Program-made: the position numbers and the translations under genes | Shown: piece by piece, positions 23,148-34,413 of the stretch | Numbering within the stretch: the first letter of the stretch is position 1 | How the letters are laid out: every line of letters begins with the position of its first letter | Source of the DNA: Rhodospirillales bacterium | Lineage (GTDB): Bacteria; Pseudomonadota; Alphaproteobacteria; Bin95 | Assembly: GCA_038143065.1 (NCBI GenBank) | Contig: JAYQLI010000035.1 | Location: 928,001-992,000 of the forward strand | Length of the DNA: 64,000 nt | Direction of reading: 5' to 3' | Notes under the pieces: generated by a model | Database searches by the model: none | What the model saw: the letters and a program-made list of their open reading frames with translations, nothing else | What the model was told of the DNA's origin: nothing

Positions 23148-23977
23148 CCAAGTTCAAGGCTGCATGCATCCAAAATACCGCCGATCGTGATCCGGCGCCA
23201 AGCATGGCCAAGCTAAGTGAACTTATTAAGCGTGCACGCGATGTTGATAGCGACCTTATTATGACACCAGAGGTATGCCATATGCTGGAGCCAAGACGAA
23301 AGCTTGGCGTGGAAAAAACACAAATCGAAACTGCTAACGAGTCACTAGAAATATTCCGCAGCCTAGCGATTGAGACGGGGGCATGGCTTCTAATCGGATC
23401 TATGGCAATTAAATTGCAAGATGAAGAACGGATGGCAAACCGTTCTTTTTTAATAAACCCCATAGGTGAAATCATAGGCCGATACGACAAAATACATATG
23501 TTTGATGTCGATGTGGGTGAAGGCGATAGTTATCGGGAATCGAATGGCTATCGCCCTGGAGAAAGCGCTATTATCCAGAAATTGCCTTGGGGTAATTTAG
23601 GGATGACTATCTGCTACGACATGCGGTTTCCGAACTTGTATCGCGACCTGGCTAAAGCTGGTGCAGACTTTTTAGCCGCTCCCTCCGCTTTCACAGTACC
23701 AACCGGACGAGCTCACTGGCACGTGTTATTGCGAGCTCGCGCAATTGAAAATGGCTGCTTCGTATTCGCCCCCGCTCAAGTTGGCGAGCACGCAGAGGGC
23801 AGAAAAACGTATGGCCATTCTCTGATAGTGGACCCATGGGGAGAAGTGTTAGCCGATGGAGGGGACGACGTTGGTTTTGTTACTGCGGAAATAGATGTAA
23901 CCAAAGTAAAAGAAGCAAGAAGTCGAGTGCCATCCCTGTTTAATGACAGACCTTATTCTGCGCCCAAATTAGATTGA
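23144..23977 (+). CDS. Carbon-nitrogen hydrolase (Nit1-like, deaminated glutathione amidase)
   Basis: PE, YDKIHMFDV, ICYDMRFP, RARAIENG, YGHSLIVDPWG; coupled to grxC. Confidence 0.9.
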   Translation: MTKFKAACIQNTADRDPAPSMAKLSELIKRARDVDSDLIMTPEVCHMLEPRRKLGVEKTQIETANESLEIFRSLAIETGAWLLIGSMAIKLQDEERMANRSFLINPIGEIIGRYDKIHMFDVDVGEGDSYRESNGYRPGESAIIQKLPWGNLGMTICYDMRFPNLYRDLAKAGADFLAAPSAFTVPTGRAHWHVLLRARAIENGCFVFAPAQVGEHAEGRKTYGHSLIVDPWGEVLADGGDDVGFVTAEIDVTKVKEARSRVPSLFNDRPYSAPKLD

Positions 23978-24120
23978 TTTATTAGATAAAAAGACTTCCA
24001 ATACTGAGGGCCTAAATACCGACCTCCTTGTTCTTGAGAATTTTTCCTCAGAGGTCGCTCTTGGCATCTGAAATGCCGCAGTCATAATCTTACGCAACAA
24101 GAGCGAGTGGATCATAAGTA

Positions 24121-24902
24121 ATGTCTAGTTCCGACCCTACGGTGACGCGAGAGAATGACGGGGCCACAGCGGTACTGCGCATCTCTAACCCAAAACGGCG
24201 CAATGCTTTTTCCCCGGAGGTAAGAGGAGCCCTGGTCGGGCATATGAACGATATAGCAACTGACGACGCTATTCGCAGTATTGTTATCACTGGAGCTGGT
24301 AAAACATTTTCTGCAGGTGGTGACCTGTCAACCATGCAGGATATGACTGCATTCGAAGGTAGAGAACGCATTCGCGCAGGGCGCGCAATGGTCGAAAGCA
24401 TATGGCGGAGTGAAAAACCAGTTGTCGCTGCAGTTGAGGGTTTCGCATTTGGAGCAGGCCTCTCCCTTGCGTTGCTTGCCGACTGGATCGTTGCAGCTGA
24501 AGATGCCTCTTTTTGCGCCTCCTTTGGCCGTGTTGGGTTGATGGGTGATATGGGCCTTTTTTGGACATTGCCTCAAAGAGTTAGCGTCGGCAGAGCTCGA
24601 CGCATATTGATGCTAGCCGAAGTAGTTACAGCGCAAGAAGCACTTAAGATCGGCCTGGTTGAAGAAATATCTAACAACGGCAAAGCTCTAGACCAAGCGA
24701 TGACAAAAGCTCGAGTAATGGCAGAAGCAGCCCCCTTCCAAATAGGCTGACGCGTGAGGCACTCGGACAATTCCCGGCTACCTTAGATGACATGCTGGCT
24801 TACGAAGCCCATGGACAGGGCCTCTTATTTACTAGCGCAGATACTAAAGAGGGGCTTGCATCATTTTTTGAAAAGCGCCGCCCTGTATTTCAAGGAGCCT
24901 GA
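24121..24902 (+). CDS. Enoyl-CoA hydratase/isomerase (crotonase) paralog 1; frameshift near 24740
   Basis: FSAGGDL, AAVEGFAFGAG, FGRVGLMGDMG; shifted tail ends FFEKRRPVFQGA-stop. Confidence 0.88.
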
Positions 24903-24906
24903 AATA

Positions 24907-25685
24907 ATGGCTGAAAAAATGACAGTTAATGTGACACGAGAAGGGCCAATTGCAGTTCTTGAGATAGATAATGTTTCACAACGAAACGCATTAACTATGG
25001 CAGTCAAGGCTGTTCTCGTTCCCGCTCTCAGAGAAGCAGAAGAAGACGCAGATGTTCGCTGCATAGTCATCACAGGCGCTGGCAACACCTTCTCAGCAGG
25101 TGGAGACGTTAGCCTTTTTGGTGATATGACGCCCGCTAAGGGACGTCAAATAGTCTTTGATCAACGTAACTTCCTTCACCTTATGCTCCGAGGAGACACC
25201 CCAATTGTTGCTGCGGTTGAAGGTTTTGCTTACGGAGCTGGTTTTGGCCTTGCGATGGCCGCTGACTATATCGTCGCTGCTGAGGACGCAAAATTTTGCG
25301 CCGCTTTTAATAAGATTGGATTAATGCCAGATGGGGGCCTTCTCTGGACTTTACCCCAACGTGTAGGCATGGGCCGTGCAAAGGACATGCTTATGTGTGC
25401 AACAGTAGTCGATGGTGTTGAAGCAAAAAGGTTGGGCATTGCTGACCAACTAGCCAAACCTAATCATGCATTAAATGCAGCCATGGATAGAGCTGCAGCT
25501 TTTGCTTCAGCTGCACCTCTCGCTGTAGCCACTATTAAGTCAGCTTTTGCCCGTTACCCTCTTGATCTTGAGCAGGCCTTCGCAATCGAAAGTGATGCGC
25601 AGCCTGCATTGATGCAGAGTGAGGATGCTAAAGAAGCACGGCGTGCCTTTTCGCTAAAGAAAAACCAAACTTCCGAGGAGCCTGA
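24907..25685 (+). CDS. Crotonase paralog 2 (probable frameshift in the last codons)
   Basis: FSAGGDV, AAVEGFAYGAG, FNKIGLMPDGG; corrected tail KEKPNFRGA-stop. Confidence 0.88.
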
Positions 25686-25688
25686 GAA

Positions 25689-26459
25689 ATGTCTAATCCA
25701 GGCTGCAGCCTAGAAATTGCAAATGGCATAGCTACCATCACGATGTCGGATTCAAAGAAAAGGAACGCTCTTTCAACACCTGTTGTTACCGACTTAAACA
25801 ATCATGTCGATACCGCACTAACGCATCCAGACGTCCGGGTAGTCATTCTTGCAGGAGCAAATGGTATATTTTGTTCCGGAGGCGATATCTCAGGGTTTGA
25901 CAATGACGACTTACCCTTACGTCGTCGGATGCCACGATTACACCGTTTATGCGGAAAAATAGCCCACTCAGAAAAACCATTTATCGCTGCGGTTGAAGGC
26001 GGAGCTTTTTGGGGCGGCCTCTCTTGCTCTTTTGGCGGATCAGATAGTTGCCGCTGACAACGCGCGTTTTTGTGCCAGCTTTGTAAAGATTGGCCTTATG
26101 CCAGATCTAGGACTTCTATCCACCCTGCCCGCACGTGTTGGTATTGGCCGTGCAAAGGAAATCCTGATGCTGGGGGAAGATGTGACAGCAGTTACCGCAC
26201 TTGAAGATGGCCTCGTGGATGAGTTGTCTCCCCAGGACAAGCCCTGACAAGGGCTATGAACTTAGCAAACGAATTTGCAAGTATGGCACCACTCGCTCTT
26301 GCTTACACAAAAGCTACTGTAATGCGCTGGCCAATGACACTCCCTCAAGAGCTCGCCTGGGAAGCTCAAGGTCAGGGTCTATTATTCACCACCGATGATC
26401 TTCAAGAAGGGCGACAAGCATTCTTTGAAAAAAGGAAGCCAAATTTCAGTGGGAGTTAG
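25689..26459 (+). CDS. Crotonase paralog 3 (frameshifted)
   Basis: FCSGGDI, AAVEGGAF, FVKIGLMPDLG, EGRQAFFEKRKPNFSGS. Confidence 0.87.
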
Positions 26460-26740
26460 ATTTAAAAATTGTCCGCACCTGAATGTCTAAACATATAAAT
26501 TTTCCAAGTTTAAATTACTTTGAGATGCCCTTATTTTATTTGACTATTTAGATTAATTTAAAATTATAACATACTGTATTTAATTAATTTAAATTTGGTT
26601 TTTAGGATAATTAAATTTGGGATTTCCTAAAAATTGTTACTAAAATATCTTTAGTTGATTCTACCATATTTCCGGTGGGACCAATCATCTGTATGTTGTC
26701 CCCTCAATTCGAAATTATTCTCAGCAGGCAGGAATTTAAG

Positions 26741-27853
26741 ATGGCGTCTAATAAAAAGCTTTTGGTATTGCCCGGTGATGGTATCGGACCAGAGGTTGTC
26801 GGCGAAGTAAGGCGAATAGTTGATTGGATGGATCAGCGCCGCCACGTGTCTTTTGATATATCGGAGGGTCTCGTTGGAGGCGCCTCTATAGACGCTCATG
26901 GCACCCCTCTTACAGACGATACTATGGCAGAGGCAATGAATGTCGACGCTGTATTATTTGGGTCAATTGGTGGACCAAAATGGGAAACTCTTCCTTTTAA
27001 CTCACAACCAGAACGTGGGCTTCTGAGACTTAGAAAAGAGATGGATCTCTTCGCCAACCTACGCCCCGCTATGGTCTTTGATGCTCTAGCAGATGCCTCA
27101 TCACTAAAACACGAGCTAGTGGCTGGCCTAGATATTATGATCCTCCGAGAGCTCACGGGAGGCGTGTACTTTGGCGAGCCACGCGGGATAGAAACCCTCC
27201 CATCTGGAGAACGGAGAGGTTTTAACACGCAATCTTACACAGAGACCGAAATTGAGCGCGTTGCGCGGGTTGGCTTTGAATTAGCCCAAAAGCGGAGCGG
27301 CAAACTCTCCTCTGTGGAAAAAGCAAATGTTATGGAGTCCGGAGTTCTCTGGCGCGAGGTAGTCTCTTCAATTGCTGGTGATTATCCAGATGTAACGCTG
27401 TCTCATATGTACGCTGATAACTGCGCTATGCAGATTGTTCGTAACCCAAAACAATTTGATGTGATTGTCACCGACAATCTATTTGGGGACATTCTATCAG
27501 ACTGCGCAGCAATGCTCACAGGTTCTCTGGGGATGTTACCATCTGCTTCTCTAGGCGCCGAAGACCCAACCACTGGTAGAAGAATGGCCCTATATGAGCC
27601 AGTCCACGGTTCTGCACCTGACATTGCTGGACAAGGCAAGGCTAACCCGCTGGCGGAAGTATTAAGTTTTGCGATGTTACTCAGGTATTCCTTTGATATG
27701 GGCGAAGACGCCGACATCATCGAAGCGGCAGTTGGTAATGTGCTGGGAGCTGGGATCCGAACTGCGGACATAGCTGCTCCAGGTCAGACAGCAATCTCCA
27801 CTTCAGAAATGGGCACCGCGCTCCTCAAGGAGCTCGATAAGCTGGCTGCGTGA
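26741..27853 (+). CDS. leuB: 3-isopropylmalate dehydrogenase
   Basis: [42 protein letters not shown]. Confidence 0.96.
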   Translation: MASNKKLLVLPGDGIGPEVVGEVRRIVDWMDQRRHVSFDISEGLVGGASIDAHGTPLTDDTMAEAMNVDAVLFGSIGGPKWETLPFNSQPERGLLRLRKEMDLFANLRPAMVFDALADASSLKHELVAGLDIMILRELTGGVYFGEPRGIETLPSGERRGFNTQSYTETEIERVARVGFELAQKRSGKLSSVEKANVMESGVLWREVVSSIAGDYPDVTLSHMYADNCAMQIVRNPKQFDVIVTDNLFGDILSDCAAMLTGSLGMLPSASLGAEDPTTGRRMALYEPVHGSAPDIAGQGKANPLAEVLSFAMLLRYSFDMGEDADIIEAAVGNVLGAGIRTADIAAPGQTAISTSEMGTALLKELDKLAA

Positions 27854-28683
27854 TCCGCACACGCTTTGCCCCGAGCCCCACGGGCCGCCTCCATCTTGGT
27901 CATGCATATTCGGCATGGTTTGCATGGAATGCGGCTCTTCGGGCAGACGGTGAATTTCTACTGCGCATTGAAGATCTAGACCAAACTCGAAGCCGTGTTG
28001 AATATGAAGCCGGCATAATTGAGGACCTAATCTGGCTGGGGTGTCACTGGCATGGAGGAGTAGTTCGCCAGTCAGAGAAAGCGCCCGCCCATCAAGAATA
28101 TCTCACTAAGCTTATAAATTTGGGCCACGTTTATCCCTGTTTCTGTACGCGCAAAGATATTCTTAGAGAAATTGCCACTGCAGGTGATGCACCTCATGGA
28201 CCAAGCGGCCCGGTATATCCAGGAACTTGCCGCTCTATCCCTCTTGAAGAATCAGCAGAACGCATAGCAGCTGGAGAGAGCCACGCTCTCCGCCTGAACA
28301 TCAGGCAGGCTGCACGAGAGGCAGGCCCTATAAGATGGAAAGATATTGATGCGGGAACCTTTGAGGCCAAGCCTGAACGATTTGGTGATATTGTACTAGC
28401 CAGAAAAGACGCACCGGCTGCCTATCACCTTGCTGTTGTGATCGATGACGCTACATCAGGCGTTACACTCGTAACTCGGGGCGACGATCTCCTTGCTGCC
28501 ACAGACATCCAGGCCCTGCTTCAAAGACTTCTAGGTCTTCCACAACCTCTATACCACCATCACCGACTTTTACTTGGCTCAAATGGCAAGCGCCTGGCAA
28601 AAAGAGACCAATCGGCAACAATCCAGTCACTCAGAGAAGCCGGTTATTCGCCAGACGAAGTCCTTAACAAATGTCAGATATAA
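27850..28683 (+). CDS. gluQ: tRNA glutamyl-Q(34) synthetase
   Basis: [36 protein letters not shown]; no anticodon-binding domain. Confidence 0.92.
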   Translation: MIRTRFAPSPTGRLHLGHAYSAWFAWNAALRADGEFLLRIEDLDQTRSRVEYEAGIIEDLIWLGCHWHGGVVRQSEKAPAHQEYLTKLINLGHVYPCFCTRKDILREIATAGDAPHGPSGPVYPGTCRSIPLEESAERIAAGESHALRLNIRQAAREAGPIRWKDIDAGTFEAKPERFGDIVLARKDAPAAYHLAVVIDDATSGVTLVTRGDDLLAATDIQALLQRLLGLPQPLYHHHRLLLGSNGKRLAKRDQSATIQSLREAGYSPDEVLNKCQI

Positions 28684-29658
28684 TTCTTCCAATTCGCTCG
28701 ATGTTACCCAGTGTTTCCGAATGTTCCTGACCTGGCCATTGGAATCGTAGCAATATGTGATCAGTGCCCGTTATCTCCGCATAGCGGAGTATCTCATCCT
28801 TCGCTTCTTCAACATCTCCAATGATAAATCTACCTTTGGCAAAATCCCCAAAACCAGACGCAAAATCTCCACCGGCAGTCTCCCCTGCCCCCAAGAACTA
28901 TAGGCCTGATACTTGTACATTAGAGGCCCTCGGCTTGCTTCCTCCGCATGAGCCTTATCACGACCAACGAAACATTCTCGAATTACGGGGCAAGCGACGT
29001 TCGGATCAAGTCCATTAGCCACCCGTTCCTCGCGGAAAGCAGATAAGTAGTTAAGAATAGATTCTGTTGAAAGTGTTGGAGCTACGCACCAGGCATCAGC
29101 TAGACGCGCGGCTCGACGCACCGACGCTTCTACATCCCCACCCAGCCAAATTGGAGGTCTTGGCTGTTGCTTCGGTTGCACGGCAGGTTTTGCACCATCA
29201 AGTGTGAAATGCTTACCTTGAAAATCCACAGTCTTTTCGGTCCATAGACGCTTGATGATCTCCACGCCCTCTGTCAAACGGCCAACCCGTTTTTTCATAT
29301 CCACACCCATGGCCTGGAATTCTTCTGGCCGATAGCCTAATCCAGCACATAGCACATAATTACCATCAGTTAGCCAATCGATGGTTGCGCCTTCCTCCGC
29401 TGCCAACACGGGGTTCATCATAGAAAGTAAGAGGACACCTGGCCCGAGCTGCATTCCTTTGGCTTCCTCTGCCAAAGCACCCATAAGCGGAACTGTCTGA
29501 AACATGCCCATCGGGCCAGTCAGTAAATGCTGGCCAATAATCAAGGAGCCAAACCCAGCTTCCCTTGCTGCTCGCACCTGATCTTTGAGAGAATAGAGCA
29601 CGTCGTCTGGACGTTCCTCCTCAGACCATTGCATGGCTGTAAACATCCCTATCTTCAT
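28664..29658 (-). CDS. LLM-class flavin-dependent oxidoreductase (frameshift near 28890)
   Basis: NPVLAAEEGATID, GLGYRPEEF, PKQQPRPPIWLGG, RRAARLAD. Confidence 0.88.
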
Positions 29659-29720
29659 GGCCGAGCCTTCCTTTTGTACAATCGGAGAATCATGTTATCT
29701 GATTCTCGCGGTTCCAATCT

Positions 29721-31030
29721 ATGGCTCGACAACTTCATATTAATCTTTTTGTCCAATCACGGGGGCACCATGAGGGAAGTTGGCGACACCCGAAGGCAAC
29801 TCCGAAAGCCCTTACCGACATAAGTTATCTGCAGGAAATGGCTCAGTTAGCTGAGCGTGGAAAACTAGATTCAATATTCTTGGCCGACCAATTGAATGTT
29901 ACTCAAGATGCCACCCGAGCGCCTCGAAATTGGCTAGAACCAATCACCGTGCTTCCAGCCATTGCAGCCGTGACAGAGCGCATAGGCCTTATCGCAACTG
30001 CTTCAAGCACTTACTGGAGCCGTTCAATCTCGCCCGACAATTTGCCTCAATAGATCATATTTCAGGAGGAAGGGCAGCTTGGAACATTGTTACATCATGG
30101 TCGGCAGCTGCAGCGAGTAATTTTGGGGATGATAACCAAATTAGTCATGCTGACCGGTATGTGAGGGCAGAGGAATACATCCAAGTAGTCAAAGCTCTTT
30201 GGAGCAGTTGGGACGAAGGAGCAATTGTAGATAATAGAGCCACCGGTGAATATATCCGTGAGGGCAGCTTTCGCCCAATTAATCACAAGGGAACGCTCTA
30301 TTCTGTTGCAGGGCCCTTGAATGCTCCACGAGGACCGCAAGGCAGACCAGTTTTGGTTCAAGCAGGTTCATCCGACACCGGAAAAGCTTTTGCAGCGAGA
30401 CATGCAGAAGCCGTGTTCACCGCGCACTTAGAACTTAAGACTGCTAAAGACTTTTACAGTGACTTAAAATCAAGGGCATCAGAATTTGGCAGAGATCCAA
30501 AGCATGTGATTATTCTACCAGGCCTATCCCCTATGATCGGGTCAACAGAGTCAGAGGCACGACAATTTTCTGAAGAACTTGATGCCCTTACAGATCCGGA
30601 AGTAGGCCGCAAGCGGCTATCAGCACGATTTGGTGGTTATGACTTCTCGCACCTTCCATTAGATGTTCCTCTCAGACCGGAAGACCTTCCCGATCCAGAA
30701 ACAGTCGAAGCCGCTCGCAGTCGCGCAGAGACAATCGTGGGTTTTGTTAAGCGCGAGCAAGCGACTCTCCGTCAGTTACTTGCCAAGCTTGCTGGCGCCA
30801 GAGGACACTTTACTTTCGCCGGCACGCCCAACCAAGTTGCAGATTTGATGCAGACGTGGGTTGAAGCAAAGGCGGCGGACGGTTTCAATCTAATGCCCCC
30901 TGTCCTGCCCTGGATGGCAGAGACCTTTATTGATGAGGTGCTTCCAATTTTACGAAAGCGAGGTCTGTTCCGGGAAGACTATTCGGGGAGCACCCTCAGG
31001 GATCATTTAGGATTGCCTAAACCAAATTAG
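29721..31030 (+). CDS. NtaA/DszA/SoxA family FMNH2-dependent monooxygenase (frameshift near 30015)
   Basis: GHHEGSWRHP, AERGKLDSIFLAD, GGRAAWNIVTS, PVLVQAGSS, RKRGLFREDY..TLRDHLGL. Confidence 0.9.
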
Positions 31031-31203
31031 TACTGTTTTTATTATATAAATTATATTTTTATACTTTTTAGTTAATATTAAAACTTAAAAAACAAACCCA
31101 TACGGCTAATTTTGGAGCATCTTCTACATTTAGTTTTTGTCGCAAACATCGCTTGGAAACTAAGTAGCTCGCAATCAGAGCATAGAGCCTCTAAACTATT
31201 TGT

Positions 31204-31866
31204 ATGGATTGGAATCAACCCATCGATATCTATTGCGAAAGGTTAAACCCAGAATTCTGGGCGGAGCCTGTTAATGCTATTACCAACCTAGCCTTTGTAG
31301 CCGCTGGTGTCTGGGCTTTTCTTTATGCAAGAGCTCGCAGTGTCCTTGATCCTGCAATCATAGGACTGTCATTTCTTTCAACTTGCGTAGGTGTGGGATC
31401 GTTTCTGTTCCACACTTTTGCTGTCCAGTGGGCCGGCATCGCCGATGTTGGTTCAATTGCTCTATTTATGATTGCAGGAATGTTGATTGGTCTTAGACGT
31501 TTGTTTGCCATCAGTTGGCTTTGGGCAACGATTGCAGCAATTGGTTTTGCAGTAGTTATTTTTGTTGGCCCTGAACGTTTTAATATCGAGATTCCAGCTT
31601 TAGGCGAAGGTAACCGGTATCTACCAGCCATAATAGCTCTTGGCATGATATCAGGTGCGTTGGCACTGAAGCGTCGTGAGGCGTCCAGGCCGATTGCCTC
31701 CGCAGCTTGCATTCTCAGTCTGTCACTTATTTTTAGAACCATTGACGCTGGTATATGTCAGGCTTTTCCTCTCGGAACACACTTCCTTTGGCACATTCTC
31801 AACGGGTGTGTATTCGCCTTAATTATGTATTCGATAATTAGATATCAAATTCATAGTAGTGATTAA
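31204..31866 (+). CDS. Ceramidase-domain membrane protein (CREST superfamily)
   Basis: IDIYCER..FWAEPVNAITNLAF, GSFLFHT, D, GTHFLWHILN metal-binding motifs. Confidence 0.85.
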   Translation: MDWNQPIDIYCERLNPEFWAEPVNAITNLAFVAAGVWAFLYARARSVLDPAIIGLSFLSTCVGVGSFLFHTFAVQWAGIADVGSIALFMIAGMLIGLRRLFAISWLWATIAAIGFAVVIFVGPERFNIEIPALGEGNRYLPAIIALGMISGALALKRREASRPIASAACILSLSLIFRTIDAGICQAFPLGTHFLWHILNGCVFALIMYSIIRYQIHSSD

Positions 31867-32509
31867 GATACGGCCGATTATTCTTTGGACAGAACTTTGT
31901 TGCCTATATTTGTTAGGGCCGATCGGCCTGGCAGTTCTTCTCAGGTTTGAGCTTCTTAATATTTCAACGGTGCCACTAGTTTTTTTCGCGCTTTTTATTC
32001 TCTCTATCGTGCTTTTGGCTAAAACGCCCAGCTTTAAATGGCGCTCCTTGCTCCCTTCATCTTGGTGGCCAGAATGGAGAGCAGTGGTTGTTTTTTTATT
32101 AATCAGTGCAACCCTCATGGGCTTAACAATACAACTGACAAATCCAAACCATTTTTTCGGATTTCCCAGACGCGCACCAGAAATTTACCTAATTGTAATG
32201 GGCCTATATCCCATACTGTCCGTTATCCCGCAGGGAATTATATACCGAGTTCTTTTCTTTAACCGATATGGTGAGCTGTTTTCAGACATCAGAATTACGC
32301 TTCTTATGAGCGCAATAGCATTTTGCTTTGCTCATCTTCCATTTCAGAACTTATTTGCTGTCTGCCTTACTTTCTTTGGAGCCGTAGTCTTTAACTGGGC
32401 ACACCACGTTCGAGGTTCTTTCTGGACAGCAAATCTGCTTCATATAGTCGGAGGTTGGTGCATCTGGACTATTGGCTTAAATCAATATTTCTATCACGGA
32501 GTCATTTGA
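31859..32509 (+). CDS. CPBP (CAAX protease/Abi) family intramembrane protein
   Basis: YPILSVIPQGIIYR, FCFAH, LLH, FYHG C-terminus; overlaps the upstream gene by 8 nt. Confidence 0.75.
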   Translation: MIKIRPIILWTELCCLYLLGPIGLAVLLRFELLNISTVPLVFFALFILSIVLLAKTPSFKWRSLLPSSWWPEWRAVVVFLLISATLMGLTIQLTNPNHFFGFPRRAPEIYLIVMGLYPILSVIPQGIIYRVLFFNRYGELFSDIRITLLMSAIAFCFAHLPFQNLFAVCLTFFGAVVFNWAHHVRGSFWTANLLHIVGGWCIWTIGLNQYFYHGVI

Positions 32510-32531
32510 TGGACTCTTAGAACCAACCAGA

Positions 32532-33248
32532 TTAACGGTGCGCCTGAATTAAATCTCTAAGCTGTGTTTTCTGCTGCTGCCGCTCATCGAAATTTGATAA
32601 ATCAAGCCAGGCTTCATAAGCCGCACGAAGTCCCGGCCACTCACTGTCTATAATTGAGAACCAAGTTGTATCTCTATTTCTATCTTTATAAACGACGGCT
32701 TGGCGAAAGAGCCCTTCGTATCTAAAGCCGAACCTGACCGCCGCCCTTTTTGAGGGGGCATTCAAGCTATCGCATTTCCACTCATACCGACGATAACCTA
32801 ATTCATCAAAAACGCGGCGCATTAATAAGAACATTGCTTCGGTTGCTGCTGGCTTGCGCTGTAAAAGCGGCGAATAGTGAATATTCCCCACTTCAATAAC
32901 CCCATTTAAAGGATCTATTCTCATCAACGAAGCAACCCCAACCGGTTTTCCTGTTGAAATATCAATGATTGCATGAAAAAGCGGATCGTCGCTCAAGCAG
33001 GATGTTTCGATCCATCGTAAGCAAGCTTCTTCATTAGAAAACGGTTCATGCCCAAGATAAGTCCAATTCGCACCCCCACCATCTAATGCAAAGGCCTCAT
33101 AAAGCGAAGCTCCATGCTTTTCCGCGTTGATTGGTTCAATACGACAAAATCTTCCCTCAATTGGCGATCTTGGTGGCAAGGAACATGATGTCCAGTTATC
33201 CAAAATTTCCCCAACGCCTTGTCCAAGATGATTGGTTCTACTGGGCAA
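32532..33248 (-). CDS. GNAT family N-acetyltransferase (RimJ/RimL-like)
   Basis: GVIEVGNIHYSP, LGYRRYEWKCDSLN, RNRDTTWFSI; TTG start after GGAGG. Confidence 0.88.
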   Translation of the reverse strand: MPSRTNHLGQGVGEILDNWTSCSLPPRSPIEGRFCRIEPINAEKHGASLYEAFALDGGGANWTYLGHEPFSNEEACLRWIETSCLSDDPLFHAIIDISTGKPVGVASLMRIDPLNGVIEVGNIHYSPLLQRKPAATEAMFLLMRRVFDELGYRRYEWKCDSLNAPSKRAAVRFGFRYEGLFRQAVVYKDRNRDTTWFSIIDSEWPGLRAAYEAWLDLSNFDERQQQKTQLRDLIQAHR

Positions 33249-33415
33249 AATACATCCTCCTAGATTTATAAAATGCATCTTACTTTACGCGAACTTTGAC
33301 TCATCACTCTTTCAAAAAGCATAGTTTAAAAAACTGAAACGAAAGTCCTGATTAGCCATCATTGAAAGATGATGATCAAGCGCGAATTCAAGGATACATA
33401 AAAAGGATCCGACTG

Positions 33416-33979
33416 ATGGCAGAACAGTTCTCTGAAATTTCTGAAGAGTTAGCCCAATGGATTTCTGAGCAAAAAATATTTTTTACCGCCACAGCAGCAC
33501 CAAATTCTCGCGTTAACCTCTCTCCTCGAGAAGGAAGTGCCTTACGCGTGCTAGGTCCTAACTCCGTTGTTTATCTCGATAAGACAGGAAGTGGCAACGA
33601 AACGGCTGCTCATTTAAAAGCTGATGGCAGAATGACTATTATGCTCTGCTCAGTTGAAGGCCCGCCGAGAATCTTAAGACTTTTTGGACAAGGTCGAGTA
33701 ATTCATCGAGATAGTAATGAGTATGATAAAATTTTACGCGCCCAATATGCAGGAACAGCACCGCCGGGAGCGCGACAGATAATTCATCTTCGGTTAGACC
33801 TTGCACAAACTTCCTGTGGTTTTGGCGTTCCTTTGTTTTCATTTGAACGCGAAAGAGACGTCTTGGTCCGATGGGCCACTGGGAAAGGTGAAGCAGGAAT
33901 CTCTGCTTATTGGGCAGAGAAAAATCAAACTAGCATCGACGGTCTTCCAACAGGTATTCTTGACGCGCCAGAGCAGTGA
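33416..33979 (+). CDS. Pyridoxamine 5'-phosphate oxidase-like FMN-binding protein
   Basis: QKIFFTATA, NLSP, TGSGNETAAH, QTSCGFGVP, NQTSIDGLP. Confidence 0.87.
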   Translation: MAEQFSEISEELAQWISEQKIFFTATAAPNSRVNLSPREGSALRVLGPNSVVYLDKTGSGNETAAHLKADGRMTIMLCSVEGPPRILRLFGQGRVIHRDSNEYDKILRAQYAGTAPPGARQIIHLRLDLAQTSCGFGVPLFSFERERDVLVRWATGKGEAGISAYWAEKNQTSIDGLPTGILDAPEQ

Positions 33980-33982
33980 ATC

Positions 33983-34303
33983 CTACTTAGTCGCGATTTT
34001 CTCGCTCGCAGTTTGTATTAGTTCATCCATCTTAGCACGGAACCGTGAACTGCTAATCTCAATTCCTGCGGCCTTCATGTCTGCTAAAACTTCCTGAACC
34101 AAATGTTCATCATCCAGTTTTTGAAAGTGTGATGAACACAAATCTGCTGCATATGCTGACAGGGCCTCACCAGACAATCCCATTTCTGCCCCACCCCACT
34201 CACCGAGCAACTGATTGCGAAGAGTGACTAAGCTAGATCTGAATGCAAGGCCAAGTTTTGTGTTGGCATCAGACTTGTTCTCACACTCAGAGCTCATGGC
34301 CAC
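33983..34303 (-). CDS. DUF1476 / F1Fo-ATPase inhibitor zeta-subunit-like protein (divergent N-terminus)
   Basis: RNQLLGEW..GLSG..AYA..DDE..V..D..RAKMDEL..A..KI pattern; lies divergently upstream of the purC region as in other alphaproteobacteria. Confidence 0.72.
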   Translation of the reverse strand: MAMSSECENKSDANTKLGLAFRSSLVTLRNQLLGEWGGAEMGLSGEALSAYAADLCSSHFQKLDDEHLVQEVLADMKAAGIEISSSRFRAKMDELIQTASEKIATK

Positions 34304-34413
34304 TCCACCTAATTAGCAAGTCTGTTTTTTTACTTACGTTCCTGTAACAATAGAGGTAGTTAACTCGCCCTGGTATTCAAAGGGTTTCCTTTTAGAAAAC
34401 GGAACAAAGTTTT

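Noticed and set aside
26460-26740. Leucine attenuator leader peptide before leuB
   Set aside because: No Leu-rich uORF with RBS and no GC-rich terminator/antiterminator pair was seen.
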